This document shows, in pieces, positions 29,113-38,250 of a DNA stretch of 42,024 nucleotides (positions within the stretch are counted from its first letter, which is position 1; each line of letters opens with the position of its first letter). The stretch covers positions 1-42,024 of the forward strand of contig JBAVOD010000343.1 of NCBI GenBank assembly GCA_049691735.1, written 5' to 3'. The translations under genes were made by a program, and so were the position numbers. This DNA comes from Bacteroidales bacterium. Its GTDB lineage: Bacteria; Bacteroidota; Bacteroidia; Bacteroidales; VadinHA17. Below the pieces are notes generated by a model that was not told the DNA's origin, ran no database searches, and saw nothing but the letters and a program-made list of their open reading frames with translations.

Positions 29113-29132
29113 AGGTTTTAGCTTCCGATGCA

Positions 29133-29344
29133 GGCACAAAAGACAAACAGAATGCACTGGCCTGCCCCCCACCACAATCCACCCCTGCAGGCTGGCTCCT
29201 TCTCAGCCAGCTGGCGGACCACCAGGCATTTTCTTAACGCTCGGCCCCCCTGGGAGGGGGGTAAAAGAGTGCTTGAATTAGACATTAAGCGACCCCCCGG
29301 CCCCCCTGGGAGGGGGGTAAAGAGTGCCTGAATTTGACATTAGG
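29133..29344. repeat. Intergenic repeat locus 5: shared 5' flank, a 7-bp-stem hairpin and two tandem units of about 46 bp
   Basis: ggcacaaaagacaaacagaatgcactg lies at 29133-29159. The hairpin is GCTGGCT-ccttctc-AGCCAGC (29191-29211). The tandem units ggCCCCCCTGGGAGGGGGGTAAA(A)GAGTGC(T/C)TGAATT(A/T)GACATTA(A/G)G lie at 29243-29289 and 29299-29344. Confidence 0.85.
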
Positions 29345-29358
29345 ATAATATCAGTTTC

Positions 29359-29940
29359 ATGATTCGAATAGGCGATATAATTTTCAGTCTTGATATTCTT
29401 GAAAAGAAATTCAAATGTGACCTTCATCATTGCCTTGGAAGCTGTTGCCGCTATGGCGATTCAGGGGCCCCATTGACTGACGATGAAGTAACTCTCCTTG
29501 AACAGATATGGCCGGATGTAAGGCCCTATCTGCGGCCGGAAGGAATAAACTCGGTCGAAAGGGAAGGCACAAGTGTGAAGGATTTTGAAAATGAAAATGT
29601 TACACCTCTGATAAACAACGAGGAGTGTGCCTACACATTAATCGAGGGCAATATATATATGTGCGGTATAGAAAAAGCATGGAAGGACGGCAAAACCGCA
29701 TTCCGGAAACCCGTTTCATGTCACCTGTTTCCTGCGAGAGTTAAGCAATTTGCAGGTTTTAAGGCGGTTAACTACCAGGAATTGACTATATGCCAATCGG
29801 CAAAGGACTGCGGAAACACCGAAGGGATCTATGTATATGAATTCCTAAAAGCCCCCCTGATCAGAGTATTCGGCGAAGATGTCTATGCTGAACTATGCAT
29901 CGCTGCCACAAACTTTAAAGAAGGCAGTACAAAAAAATAG
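29359..29940 (+). CDS. Cys-rich conserved hypothetical protein (DUF3109-like)
   Basis: 193 aa. The N-terminal pattern FSLDILEKKFKCDLHHCLGSCCRYGDSGAPLTDDE matches my recollection of the Bacteroidota DUF3109 family. The assignment is from memory. Confidence 0.55.
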   Translation: MIRIGDIIFSLDILEKKFKCDLHHCLGSCCRYGDSGAPLTDDEVTLLEQIWPDVRPYLRPEGINSVEREGTSVKDFENENVTPLINNEECAYTLIEGNIYMCGIEKAWKDGKTAFRKPVSCHLFPARVKQFAGFKAVNYQELTICQSAKDCGNTEGIYVYEFLKAPLIRVFGEDVYAELCIAATNFKEGSTKK

Positions 29941-30059
29941 AATCTTATCCATGCCCTATGGGCACCGGCGGATTCAAAAAAGATTCGAATTTTTTGGCTT
30001 TGTCGGAATTATATTATAATTTGGCCGCGTGTTTTGAACTAACCTAAAACAAATATCTT

Positions 30060-33000
30060 ATGAAGAAACTATTACTATTGGTCACACTGTTTGTGTACGT
30101 GGGGTGTTTCTCCCTTTTTGCACAGACAGTACAAATCACTGGTACGGTTACTTCCTCTGTAGAAGGGGAGGGATCGATCCCGGGTGTTACTGTTCAGGTA
30201 AAGGGTACCACGATCGGAACCCTGACCGATGCGCAAGGAAAATATTCACTTAAAGTACCCGCAAGTGCGACTACTCTGGTATTTTCATATATCGGAATGA
30301 AAACACAGGAAGTGCCTATTAGTGGCCGGACAGTGATTGATGGAGTGATGGAGCCTGATATTCTTGGTCTGTCTGAGGTTGTTGTAACAGCACTGGGAAT
30401 TTCAAGGGAGAAAAGATCTCTCGGTTACTCGGTCCAGGAAGTGACTGGAGCTAACTTAAGCAAAACAAGGGAAGCTAACTTCGTAAATTCACTTTCAGGT
30501 AAAGTCGCAGGAGTTCAGATCAAGCAATCCAATACAATGGGAGGGTCTGCAAACATCCTCATCAGAGGCAATAAATCCCTGATGAATAATAACCAGGCAA
30601 TGTTTGTTGTGGACGGAGTTCCGATTGACAATAGTATTACTAATACGTCTGCCCAGGTTCAGGCTGGCGGAGGTTATGACTATGGTAATGCTGCAGCCGA
30701 CATTAACCCTGACGATATTGAGTCGATGACAGTCCTGAAAGGTTCAGCTGCCACAGCACTTTATGGTTCCAGGGCTGCAAATGGGGTCATTATGATAACC
30801 ACAAAGAAAGGTACTTCAAGAAAAGGTATCGGTGTTACTTTAAATGCAGGTCTTACATTCAGCAAAATTGATGAAGCAACGCTGCCGAAGATACAAAAAG
30901 AATATGGCGGAGGTTATGGACAGTATTATGATGATCCGTCAGGATATTTCTGGTACGCCGATCTTACAGGTGACGGTGTTAAGGATCTGATAGTTCCTAC
31001 ATCCGAAGATGCTTCGTGGGGTGGGAAATTTGACCCGTCAATACAGGTAATTGACTGGGTTGGCTTTGAACCGAGCGACGAAAAAAATTATCTGAGGAAA
31101 GTTCCATGGGTTGCTGGCAAGAATGATATCCGCACTTTTTTTGAGACCGGACTTAAACAAACTTACAATGTCGCATTTGATGGCGGCAACGATAAGGGAA
31201 CATTCAGATTATCCTATACTAATCTGGGAGAGACTGGCATATTGCCAAATAGTAAACTGCAGAAGAATACGATTAATTTTGATGGTTCATATAACCTTTC
31301 CGACAGGCTCACCGCAGAAGCGAACGTAACTTATATCCATGACAAGAATAAAGGCCGTTATGGTACAGGGTATGATCCGGGCAACCCGATGCAATCACTT
31401 GGCCAGTGGTTCCAGACCAATGTAGATATCAGTGATCTGAGAAAGTACTGGATTACTCCTGACCGCATGCAGAGGACATGGAACTATAGATATTATAATA
31501 GTTTAGAGGTTCCAATATTTCATAACAATATTTACTGGACCCGTTATATGAACTACCAGAATGATGGAAGGGACAGACTATTTGGATTTGGAATGCTTCA
31601 CTATCAAATTACTCCATGGTTCACTCTTGAAGGACGTGCTTCGACCGACACTTATTCGGAATTCCAGGAAGAGCGGGTTGCACTGTTCAGCAATCAGACG
31701 TCCGGTTACGATAAATACCTCAGGAACTTTACCGAGACTAACTTTGACCTGATAGCCAGGTTCCAGAAAACTTTCAATGATTTCTCGATTAACGGCATCC
31801 TTGGTTCCACACGGCGACTGACAACCGTTAAATCTACTGAAGTTACAACAGTTGGCGGTTTAGTTGTGCCTGAGCTGTACACTACCCTTAATTCGGCTTC
31901 TCCTATTACAACTAGTGAATCAGAAAGAATATCGGGAGTGAACAGTGTATATGGAAACGTTTCAGTGGGGTTCAAGAATATGGTGTACCTTGATCTGTCC
32001 GGCCGCAATGATGTATCTTCAACATTGCCCAAAAGCAATAACAGTTACTTTTATCCTTCAGCATCAGCAAGCTTTGTGTTTTCGGAATTACCTGGTCTGA
32101 AAGGATCAAATACTTTCTCGTTTATCAAATTGAGACTTAATTATGCAGAAGTAGGTAATGATGCACCGGTTTATAGTTTAAAGTCAACTTATGTTCAGGG
32201 AACCAGCTGGGGATCAAACACCAGATTCAGGCTTAATACAACTCTGGCAAATGCAGACCTTAAACCGGAAAGGACGAAAAGCAAGGAAGTCGGACTTGAG
32301 GCAAAATTCTTCAATAACAGACTGGGATTAGATTTTTCGCTTTACCAGACGAACTCAATTGATCAGATAATGCCGGTTAATATCAGCCGTTCTTCAGGTT
32401 TTGCCCAGAGATATGTGAATTCCGGTGAAATTGAAAACAAAGGGATTGAACTGGCTGTTAATGGCACAATTATAAACAGAGCCGGATTTACATGGGACAT
32501 GCAGGTGAACTGGTCAAAGAATAAAAATAGTGTTCTCAGCCTTTATGAAGGAGTCGATAATATCCTTTTAAGTTCACAATGGGATATCAGCACCAACATT
32601 GTCAAAGGGATGTCTTATGGGCAGTTGCGTGGTACTGATTTTGTCTATACCAATGGAAAACGAACAGTTGATGCTGATGGTTATTACCTTTTCTCGGATG
32701 CGACGGATGCGCTTCTTGGTTCAACACTTCCCGACTGGAATGCAGGTATTACCAATGTTTTTTCATTTAAGGGATTTATGCTTTCAGGACTTATAGATAT
32801 TTCTCAAGGAGGCCATCTTTATTCAACTGATTTGAAATATGGTCGGGCTACAGGGCTCTTTGCTGAAACCGCGGGGCTAAATGCCAAGGGCAATCCACAG
32901 CGTGATCCGGTAGAGACTGGAGGCGGGATGATCTATTCAGAGGCTGTCACCGAAGATGGGAAACCTAATACTTCATACATTTGGGCCGGGGACTATTACA

Positions 33001-33290
33001 GCGGATGGTTGTATGATTATCTGCCCACAAAAGAATATGTTTATGATGCTTCTTATATCAAGCTTCGTGAAATCTCTTTTGGCTACTCCCTTCCCTCGAA
33101 ATTTCTTGCCAATACACCCGTTGCAAGGGTTACACTCTCCATTGTGGGACGAAACCTGTGGATTATTCATAAGAATATGCCCTATTATGATCCTGAAGCT
33201 AGCCTGAGTGCGGGTAATATCCAGGGTTATGTCGATGGTGCCTATCCATCAACCAGAACACTTGGTTTTAATTTAACAGTAGGATTTTAA
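30060..33290 (+). CDS. SusC/RagA-family TonB-dependent outer-membrane transporter
   Basis: Signal peptide, then a carboxypeptidase-regulatory-like domain (ITGTVTSS..GSIPGVTVQVKGTTIGTLTDAQGKYSL). The plug has a TonB-box-like region (VVVTALGI) and the C-terminus is ...LGFNLTVGF. The length is 1076 aa. Confidence 0.92.
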   Translation: MKKLLLLVTLFVYVGCFSLFAQTVQITGTVTSSVEGEGSIPGVTVQVKGTTIGTLTDAQGKYSLKVPASATTLVFSYIGMKTQEVPISGRTVIDGVMEPDILGLSEVVVTALGISREKRSLGYSVQEVTGANLSKTREANFVNSLSGKVAGVQIKQSNTMGGSANILIRGNKSLMNNNQAMFVVDGVPIDNSITNTSAQVQAGGGYDYGNAAADINPDDIESMTVLKGSAATALYGSRAANGVIMITTKKGTSRKGIGVTLNAGLTFSKIDEATLPKIQKEYGGGYGQYYDDPSGYFWYADLTGDGVKDLIVPTSEDASWGGKFDPSIQVIDWVGFEPSDEKNYLRKVPWVAGKNDIRTFFETGLKQTYNVAFDGGNDKGTFRLSYTNLGETGILPNSKLQKNTINFDGSYNLSDRLTAEANVTYIHDKNKGRYGTGYDPGNPMQSLGQWFQTNVDISDLRKYWITPDRMQRTWNYRYYNSLEVPIFHNNIYWTRYMNYQNDGRDRLFGFGMLHYQITPWFTLEGRASTDTYSEFQEERVALFSNQTSGYDKYLRNFTETNFDLIARFQKTFNDFSINGILGSTRRLTTVKSTEVTTVGGLVVPELYTTLNSASPITTSESERISGVNSVYGNVSVGFKNMVYLDLSGRNDVSSTLPKSNNSYFYPSASASFVFSELPGLKGSNTFSFIKLRLNYAEVGNDAPVYSLKSTYVQGTSWGSNTRFRLNTTLANADLKPERTKSKEVGLEAKFFNNRLGLDFSLYQTNSIDQIMPVNISRSSGFAQRYVNSGEIENKGIELAVNGTIINRAGFTWDMQVNWSKNKNSVLSLYEGVDNILLSSQWDISTNIVKGMSYGQLRGTDFVYTNGKRTVDADGYYLFSDATDALLGSTLPDWNAGITNVFSFKGFMLSGLIDISQGGHLYSTDLKYGRATGLFAETAGLNAKGNPQRDPVETGGGMIYSEAVTEDGKPNTSYIWAGDYYSGWLYDYLPTKEYVYDASYIKLREISFGYSLPSKFLANTPVARVTLSIVGRNLWIIHKNMPYYDPEASLSAGNIQGYVDGAYPSTRTLGFNLTVGF

Positions 33291-33299
33291 TTCTAAAAA

Positions 33300-34760
33300 A
33301 TGAAGAAAATGAAAAAAAATATTTTCTACTTGATACTTGCCCTGGTAATTCTTGTGACTTCCTGTGAACTGCCGAACAATATTGACCCAAAGGGTGCAAC
33401 TGTAGTTCCTGCGGGATCACAATTTCTCCAGGGGCATATAAGCCTGGTAAACCAGGTTGGCAGCATCAATGTTAATACCAATATATCCAGATTGTTAACT
33501 CAATATCAATCAGAAGTTACCTATCTAACGGAAAGCCGCTACAACTTTTCTGACAGGCAGATCCCTGACACATATTCATCGAATATCTACAACGGCGTTC
33601 TTATGAACCTGAAAGATTGCAAGTTGAATATTGAAGCTAAAGCTGTCGGAGGTGTGGCTGCCACCAATCAGAAAAAGAATCAGCTCGCTATTCTTGAAAT
33701 CCTCTCTGTTTACGGCTACCAGCTTCTTTTAGATAACTTCGGTAACGTGCCGTATACAGAGTCACTTCTTGGGGCAGACAACAGCCGTCCGGTATATGAT
33801 GATGCCCTGACAATCTATAAGGACCTTGTTACGCGGCTCGATAATGTCCTTTCCAGTATCGAAGTTGGTAACTCCGGCTTTGGTGCAGACGATATCCTCT
33901 ATTCTGACGATATGTTGTTATGGAAAAAATTTGCTGCTTCCCTTAAGCTGCGTATTGGTATGAGGCTTGCTGATGTTACTGAAGCCAATCCAGCTACTAT
34001 TGTATCACAGGCAATTGCATCCGGAGTTTTCACATCACAGGCTGAGAGTGCAATTCAATTTTACATAGGAATTTCTCCATATGTGAACTCATATTATTCA
34101 GAGTTTGTTCTGTCGGCACGTTCAGATTACTGTCCTACAAACACTCTTGTTAATATGATGACAACTCTTAATGATCCACGCAGGGCAATATGGTTCACCC
34201 AGTACCCCGCTGGGGTCTATACCGGTTTGCCTTACGGGCTCAAGGCTGCAAGCAACTATAACAGTTTTTCACATTTCGCCGATTTGATCAGGATTACTCC
34301 TGCCTATCCTGTCAATTTATGTGATTATGTTGAGGTTGAGTTCCTTCTTGCAGAAGCTGCCGAAAGAGGCTTTGCCGGAACACCTGCCGATGCAGAAGGT
34401 CATTATAACAATGCCATTCTTGCAAGCATGAGTTACTGGGGTGTTTCTGATGCTGATGCTGCAGCATATCTTGCTCAGCCTGCGGTTGCATATACGACTG
34501 CCGCAGGTACATACAAACAGAAAATCGGCACCCAGAAATGGCTTGGGTTGTTTGACAGAGGTGACGAATCATGGTCTGAATGGAGAAGACTTGATTTTCC
34601 GATCTTTAATCCGCCTGAAGGAATGACGTATGCTGATATTCCAATGAGAATGCCTTACCCCTACAACGAAAATAAGATGAATAAGGTAAATTATGATGCG
34701 GCTGCTGCTGCAATAGGAGGTGACCAGGCTACTACAAAATTATTCTGGGATAAATTCTGA
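33300..34760 (+). CDS. SusD/RagB-family outer-membrane lipoprotein
   Basis: Lipoprotein signal with a lipobox (ILVTSC). The length is 486 aa. It starts 9 nt after the SusC-like gene, which is the canonical pairing. Confidence 0.8.
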   Translation: MKKMKKNIFYLILALVILVTSCELPNNIDPKGATVVPAGSQFLQGHISLVNQVGSINVNTNISRLLTQYQSEVTYLTESRYNFSDRQIPDTYSSNIYNGVLMNLKDCKLNIEAKAVGGVAATNQKKNQLAILEILSVYGYQLLLDNFGNVPYTESLLGADNSRPVYDDALTIYKDLVTRLDNVLSSIEVGNSGFGADDILYSDDMLLWKKFAASLKLRIGMRLADVTEANPATIVSQAIASGVFTSQAESAIQFYIGISPYVNSYYSEFVLSARSDYCPTNTLVNMMTTLNDPRRAIWFTQYPAGVYTGLPYGLKAASNYNSFSHFADLIRITPAYPVNLCDYVEVEFLLAEAAERGFAGTPADAEGHYNNAILASMSYWGVSDADAAAYLAQPAVAYTTAAGTYKQKIGTQKWLGLFDRGDESWSEWRRLDFPIFNPPEGMTYADIPMRMPYPYNENKMNKVNYDAAAAAIGGDQATTKLFWDKF

Positions 34761-34781
34761 TCAGATTCTTTTATAAGAAGA

Positions 34782-34811
34782 GGGTGTCCCAGAAGGGCAC
34801 CCTTCTTTTTT
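34782..34811 (+). terminator. Rho-independent terminator after the SusD-like gene
   Basis: The stem is GGGTG(T)CCC-AGAA-GGGCACCC (34782-34802), followed by TTCTTTTTT (34803-34811). It begins 22 nt after the stop codon. Confidence 0.7.
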
Positions 34812-34965
34812 GATGTAAAAGGCTATTAGTCTGCCGGTTGACTACATGACAACATAATATTTCATTTTATTATTTTTGAGGCTGTACAAATGATGACTGA
34901 CAAATTAATTCATCTTATTGATAAATGTTGTAGTTTTATCTGATTAAATACGGCAATAAACATTT

Positions 34966-35649
34966 ATGAAAAAAATATTTGGAATTTTTGTTGTATTGAT
35001 ACTCTGCTCGCTGTTATCCCTATCGTCAGCACAGACATCATGCAGGGTTTTAAAACCGCAAATTGACGGATCCTATACCGGGGAATGCAGGAACGGTCTG
35101 GCGGAAGGAAAAGGTGAAGCAACCGGAGTTGATTTCTACAAAGGAGATTTCGTGAAAGGTCTGCCGGACGGGAAGGGTGTTTATATATGGAAGAATGGCG
35201 CTACTTATGATGGTCAGTGGAAAAAAGGTCTGAGAGATGGCACCGGTACTTATTCGCATAAAACCGACGGGGGGAAAGATACAGTACTGACCGGAAAATG
35301 GAAGAAAGACGAATATCTCGGAAATCCTAACAGTCCCAGGTACTCGTTTGAATACAGGAACAGCATCTCAAGGGTTTCCGTCGTGAAAGTTGGCGACAGG
35401 CCCTACATCCAGTATAAGTTCTCGAGGAACGGCAAAGAATCAAATAACATATCCAACCTCCTTATGCAGGGAAGCTCAGGAACTGAAACAAGTCTGCCTT
35501 CATTCACCGGATTTGAGAGGGTATCATTCCCCTTTAAGGGCAAGCTGACCTTCAATGCACCGAATGCATTCCAGACAGCAAGTATGAGCTGTGAACTCAG
35601 GTTTACCATCTATGAGCCGGGAGCCTGGATTGTCACATTGTACTATTAG
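34966..35649 (+). CDS. Secreted MORN-repeat protein
   Basis: Signal peptide, then MORN-type repeats (YTGECRNGLAEGKGE, YKGDFVKGLPDGKGVY, YDGQWKKGLRDGTGTY). Confidence 0.8.
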   Translation: MKKIFGIFVVLILCSLLSLSSAQTSCRVLKPQIDGSYTGECRNGLAEGKGEATGVDFYKGDFVKGLPDGKGVYIWKNGATYDGQWKKGLRDGTGTYSHKTDGGKDTVLTGKWKKDEYLGNPNSPRYSFEYRNSISRVSVVKVGDRPYIQYKFSRNGKESNNISNLLMQGSSGTETSLPSFTGFERVSFPFKGKLTFNAPNAFQTASMSCELRFTIYEPGAWIVTLYY

Positions 35650-35669
35650 CGATGTGAGGCGGTCATACT

Positions 35670-36926
35670 TTAATCAATTTTCAGGTTCACCAGCTCCAAC
35701 CGGGTTGGGGTCACCCGCAATACCCTGAAAACAAAATTTTTAATCCGGATAACCTCGTTGGCTACCGGGATACTACCGTGATGGTATAGAATGAGGCCGG
35801 CGAGTGTTTCATAATCATCCTCTTCGGGCAGGCTGAGATTGTATTTTTCATTCAGGTAATCAATCTCCAGCCTGCCTGAAAAAACATATTCACCCGGCCC
35901 TATAATCTTTTCGGTTAATTCATTAATATCATGCTCATCTTCGATATTCCCGACAATTTCTTCAAGGACATCCTCCATTGTTACCATTCCGGATGTCCCG
36001 CCGAATTCATCAACCACCAGGGCTACATTCTTCCTTTCATTAAAAAATAACTGCAGCAGCTTGTTGGCGGCCATGGTTTCCGGCACAATCACAACCTTAC
36101 GGACTCCCGATATAATATCAGGAGGATCCTTGAAGATCTCCTTCAGCTCGAAATATCCAATTATGTTATCAATGCTGTTCTGATAAACAAGAATCCTGGA
36201 GTGCCCTGTTTCAATCAGCCTTTCCTTGAGCTCGGCGATTGAGCTGCGTGCTTCAATTGCATCAATCTCTGTCCTTGGGACCATACACTCCCTTACCTTT
36301 ACCTTTGAAAGGTCAAGCGCATTCCTGAAGAACCTTATATTATGATGGTATTTTTCAGTCTCTTCTTCGTTCTGCCGGTTAAGGTTAACAAAGTGATCGA
36401 GGTCGACCTTGCTGAAAACACGGTTCTCCTGTTCCTCCCTGTCGCTTTTTATACCGAAGAATCTCAGAAAAAGATTTGAAGCTGCCAGAGTGAACTTGCT
36501 GACAGGATAAAAAAGATAGTAGAAGATCATTGCCGGGACACTCAGGGCTTTCAGAAAGAAATTTGGAGATATAACAAAAACAGTTTTGGGCAGGAATTCT
36601 GCTACAAGGAGAATGATTGCTGTGGAGATCATCGTATTTACTATCAGCACTATAAGATCTGAACCGAACAGGGGCGTAAGTAACGGTGCCAGCAACTTTG
36701 AAATAAAGAGACCGTAAATAACGAGGGCAACATTATTTCCGATAAGCATTGTGGCAATGTACTGTCCCGGATTGCCGGTGAATACCTTAATGAACCGCGA
36801 GCTGAACGCCCCCTGCTTCCTGTCAAGCTCGATCCTCAGCTTGTTGGCTGAAACAAATGCAATCTCCATACCCGAAAAGAAGGCAGAGAAAATAATTGTA
36901 AGCAATATTACAAGCATCCCGTTCAT
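35670..36926 (-). CDS. CNNM/hemolysin-family membrane protein (DUF21, CBS pair and CorC_HlyC domains)
   Basis: The N-terminal TM domain (DUF21-like) is followed by a CBS-pair region (VRECMVPRTEI..., DNIIGYFELKEIF) and a C-terminal CorC/HlyC-type domain (ETLAGLILYHHGSIP). It could be the GldE orthologue, but I did not verify that. Confidence 0.85.
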   Translation of the reverse strand: MNGMLVILLTIIFSAFFSGMEIAFVSANKLRIELDRKQGAFSSRFIKVFTGNPGQYIATMLIGNNVALVIYGLFISKLLAPLLTPLFGSDLIVLIVNTMISTAIILLVAEFLPKTVFVISPNFFLKALSVPAMIFYYLFYPVSKFTLAASNLFLRFFGIKSDREEQENRVFSKVDLDHFVNLNRQNEEETEKYHHNIRFFRNALDLSKVKVRECMVPRTEIDAIEARSSIAELKERLIETGHSRILVYQNSIDNIIGYFELKEIFKDPPDIISGVRKVVIVPETMAANKLLQLFFNERKNVALVVDEFGGTSGMVTMEDVLEEIVGNIEDEHDINELTEKIIGPGEYVFSGRLEIDYLNEKYNLSLPEEDDYETLAGLILYHHGSIPVANEVIRIKNFVFRVLRVTPTRLELVNLKID

Positions 36927-36935
36927 GAGCCTTAT

Positions 36936-37493
36936 CTACTTTTGCTCCTTTATATAAATTGTTGCACTCAGATTTTTAATTTTCCGCTTAGAGAGCCTTG
37001 TATCAGACTCCAGTCCGTAACCCTGCACTATCTGATCTTCAGTCGTTATCTTGACAAACCTGTCGGTATAGATCAGGTCTTTTTTCTGATCCCAGTACAG
37101 CAGCTCTGTTTCAAGCTTTTCGCCGGCTTCATTTATGGCTACGACGCTGTCTTTCAGCTCCCACAGATTCTTGTTGTTAATGAACTTTGCATACCTGGCC
37201 GTCACCGATCCCACAGGTTCCTTATGTCCCTGGTAGAAAAGCACCTTAATACCTTCAGGGAATTCAGAATACGGGTCACTTGTTCTTGTATAGCTTTCCA
37301 TAACCGGTGCGTATAGCTCAAGCTGGATCTTTCCCGAATCGGTGTAAACTGTTTTTATTCCTTTTCCCTCAGAGGAAGGCAGGGTGAGAATGTCGATTTT
37401 CTGTACCATCATATTTTTCTTCTCACACGATATCATGAGGGCAGTCAGTATAAGAAAAAGAGCAATTTTAATTCTTCCCGGCATTGTATTCAA
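36936..37493 (-). CDS. LptC-like (OstA-fold) lipoprotein
   Basis: Lipoprotein signal (LTALMISC). The 185-aa beta-rich sequence has an LptC-like pattern (GKIQLELYAP..., NLWELKDSVVAINEAGEKLETELLYWDQKKDLIYTD). It sits in the conserved coaX-lptC-CNNM neighbourhood. Its 5' end overlaps the coaX 3' end. Confidence 0.6.
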   Translation of the reverse strand: MNTMPGRIKIALFLILTALMISCEKKNMMVQKIDILTLPSSEGKGIKTVYTDSGKIQLELYAPVMESYTRTSDPYSEFPEGIKVLFYQGHKEPVGSVTARYAKFINNKNLWELKDSVVAINEAGEKLETELLYWDQKKDLIYTDRFVKITTEDQIVQGYGLESDTRLSKRKIKNLSATIYIKEQK

Positions 37494-38199
37494 GTATATA
37501 ATTTAACCCGTCGAGCACCAGATCGGGCATATAGGTGACTATATGTGCGATCCTTTCCCTTAAATAACCGCTATCGCCTCCTGTCATGATGACTTCGCAG
37601 CTACTGTCAGCATTGAATCTTTCGATATATTCGTTTATCTCAAAAATGAGACCATTAATAACCCCGGCTGTTATAGCTTCAAGAGTATTTTTCCCCGGGG
37701 CCGACACTTTTTCTGTAGTTGAGACCAGCGGCAGACGTCGGGTAAAATGGTGCAGCGCCCTGAATCTCATGCTGAGGCCGGGTGAGATGTTCCCTCCTTT
37801 GAAAGCATTATCTGAAAGATAATCATAAGTAACTGCACTCCCTGCATCTATTACCAGTATATTTTTCTCCTGAAAAAGATGGAACGCCCCTGCTATGGCA
37901 GCGATCCTGTCAGTACCAAGGGTTTCCGGCGTTTCATATTCGTTCCTGAACGGAAGCCTGGTGACGTGTGAGAGAACCTGAACATTCGGTATGCCGTGAG
38001 TGGCAAGATCGATGACAAATTCCGGGGTATCCCTGACGGTTGACACTATGCACCTGTCAAGCTTTTCGGTGTAAGGAGCAAGCATTTCCCTTAACTTATC
38101 CCAGCTGAATTGTTTGGTTCTGAGAGAGATAACCTTTTCAAATCCTTCGTATACCGCAACCTTAGTGCTGCTATTGCCAATGTCAATTATAAAGTTCAT
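37468..38199 (-). CDS. coaX: Type III pantothenate kinase
   Basis: IDIGNSSTK phosphate-1 motif, LGTDRIAA and VIDAGSAVTYD. I preferred ATG 38199 (MNFIIDIGNS) to the TTG at 38217. Confidence 0.9.
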   Translation of the reverse strand: MNFIIDIGNSSTKVAVYEGFEKVISLRTKQFSWDKLREMLAPYTEKLDRCIVSTVRDTPEFVIDLATHGIPNVQVLSHVTRLPFRNEYETPETLGTDRIAAIAGAFHLFQEKNILVIDAGSAVTYDYLSDNAFKGGNISPGLSMRFRALHHFTRRLPLVSTTEKVSAPGKNTLEAITAGVINGLIFEINEYIERFNADSSCEVIMTGGDSGYLRERIAHIVTYMPDLVLDGLNYILEYNAGKN

Positions 38200-38214
38200 T
38201 GCGTCAATAAAATA

Positions 38215-38222
38215 CAAAGTTA
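38215..38222 (-). promoter_or_regulatory. Candidate -7 promoter box (TAACTTTG) for coaX
   Basis: On the minus strand it reads TAACTTTG, an exact TAnnTTTG match, 16 nt upstream of the coaX ATG. Confidence 0.35.
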
Positions 38223-38250
38223 GGAAATCCTGCCGTAATCAGCAACCTAA

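Noticed and set aside
29128-29331. 67-aa ORF in the spacer after gpmI. The similar 86-aa ORF at 38114-38374 and the 60-75-aa ORFs at 27094-27346 fall in the same category.
   Set aside because: All lie on repeat elements or overlap the ends of real genes. Their composition is dominated by Pro/Gly/Trp from C/G runs, and there is no plausible start context.
29951-29997. Possible terminator after the DUF3109-like gene, from the TGCCC-TAT-GGGCA hairpin and the CAAAAAA...TTTTTTG palindrome.
   Set aside because: The stems are short (5 bp) or purely A/T, and there is no convincing GC-rich stem plus T-tract. The evidence is too weak to call.
35670-36926. Naming the CNNM/CBS/CorC protein GldE (gliding motility).
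   Set aside because: The domain architecture fits GldE, but it is shared with generic hemolysin/CorC-family proteins. No gldD or other gliding genes are adjacent, so I left the symbol blank.
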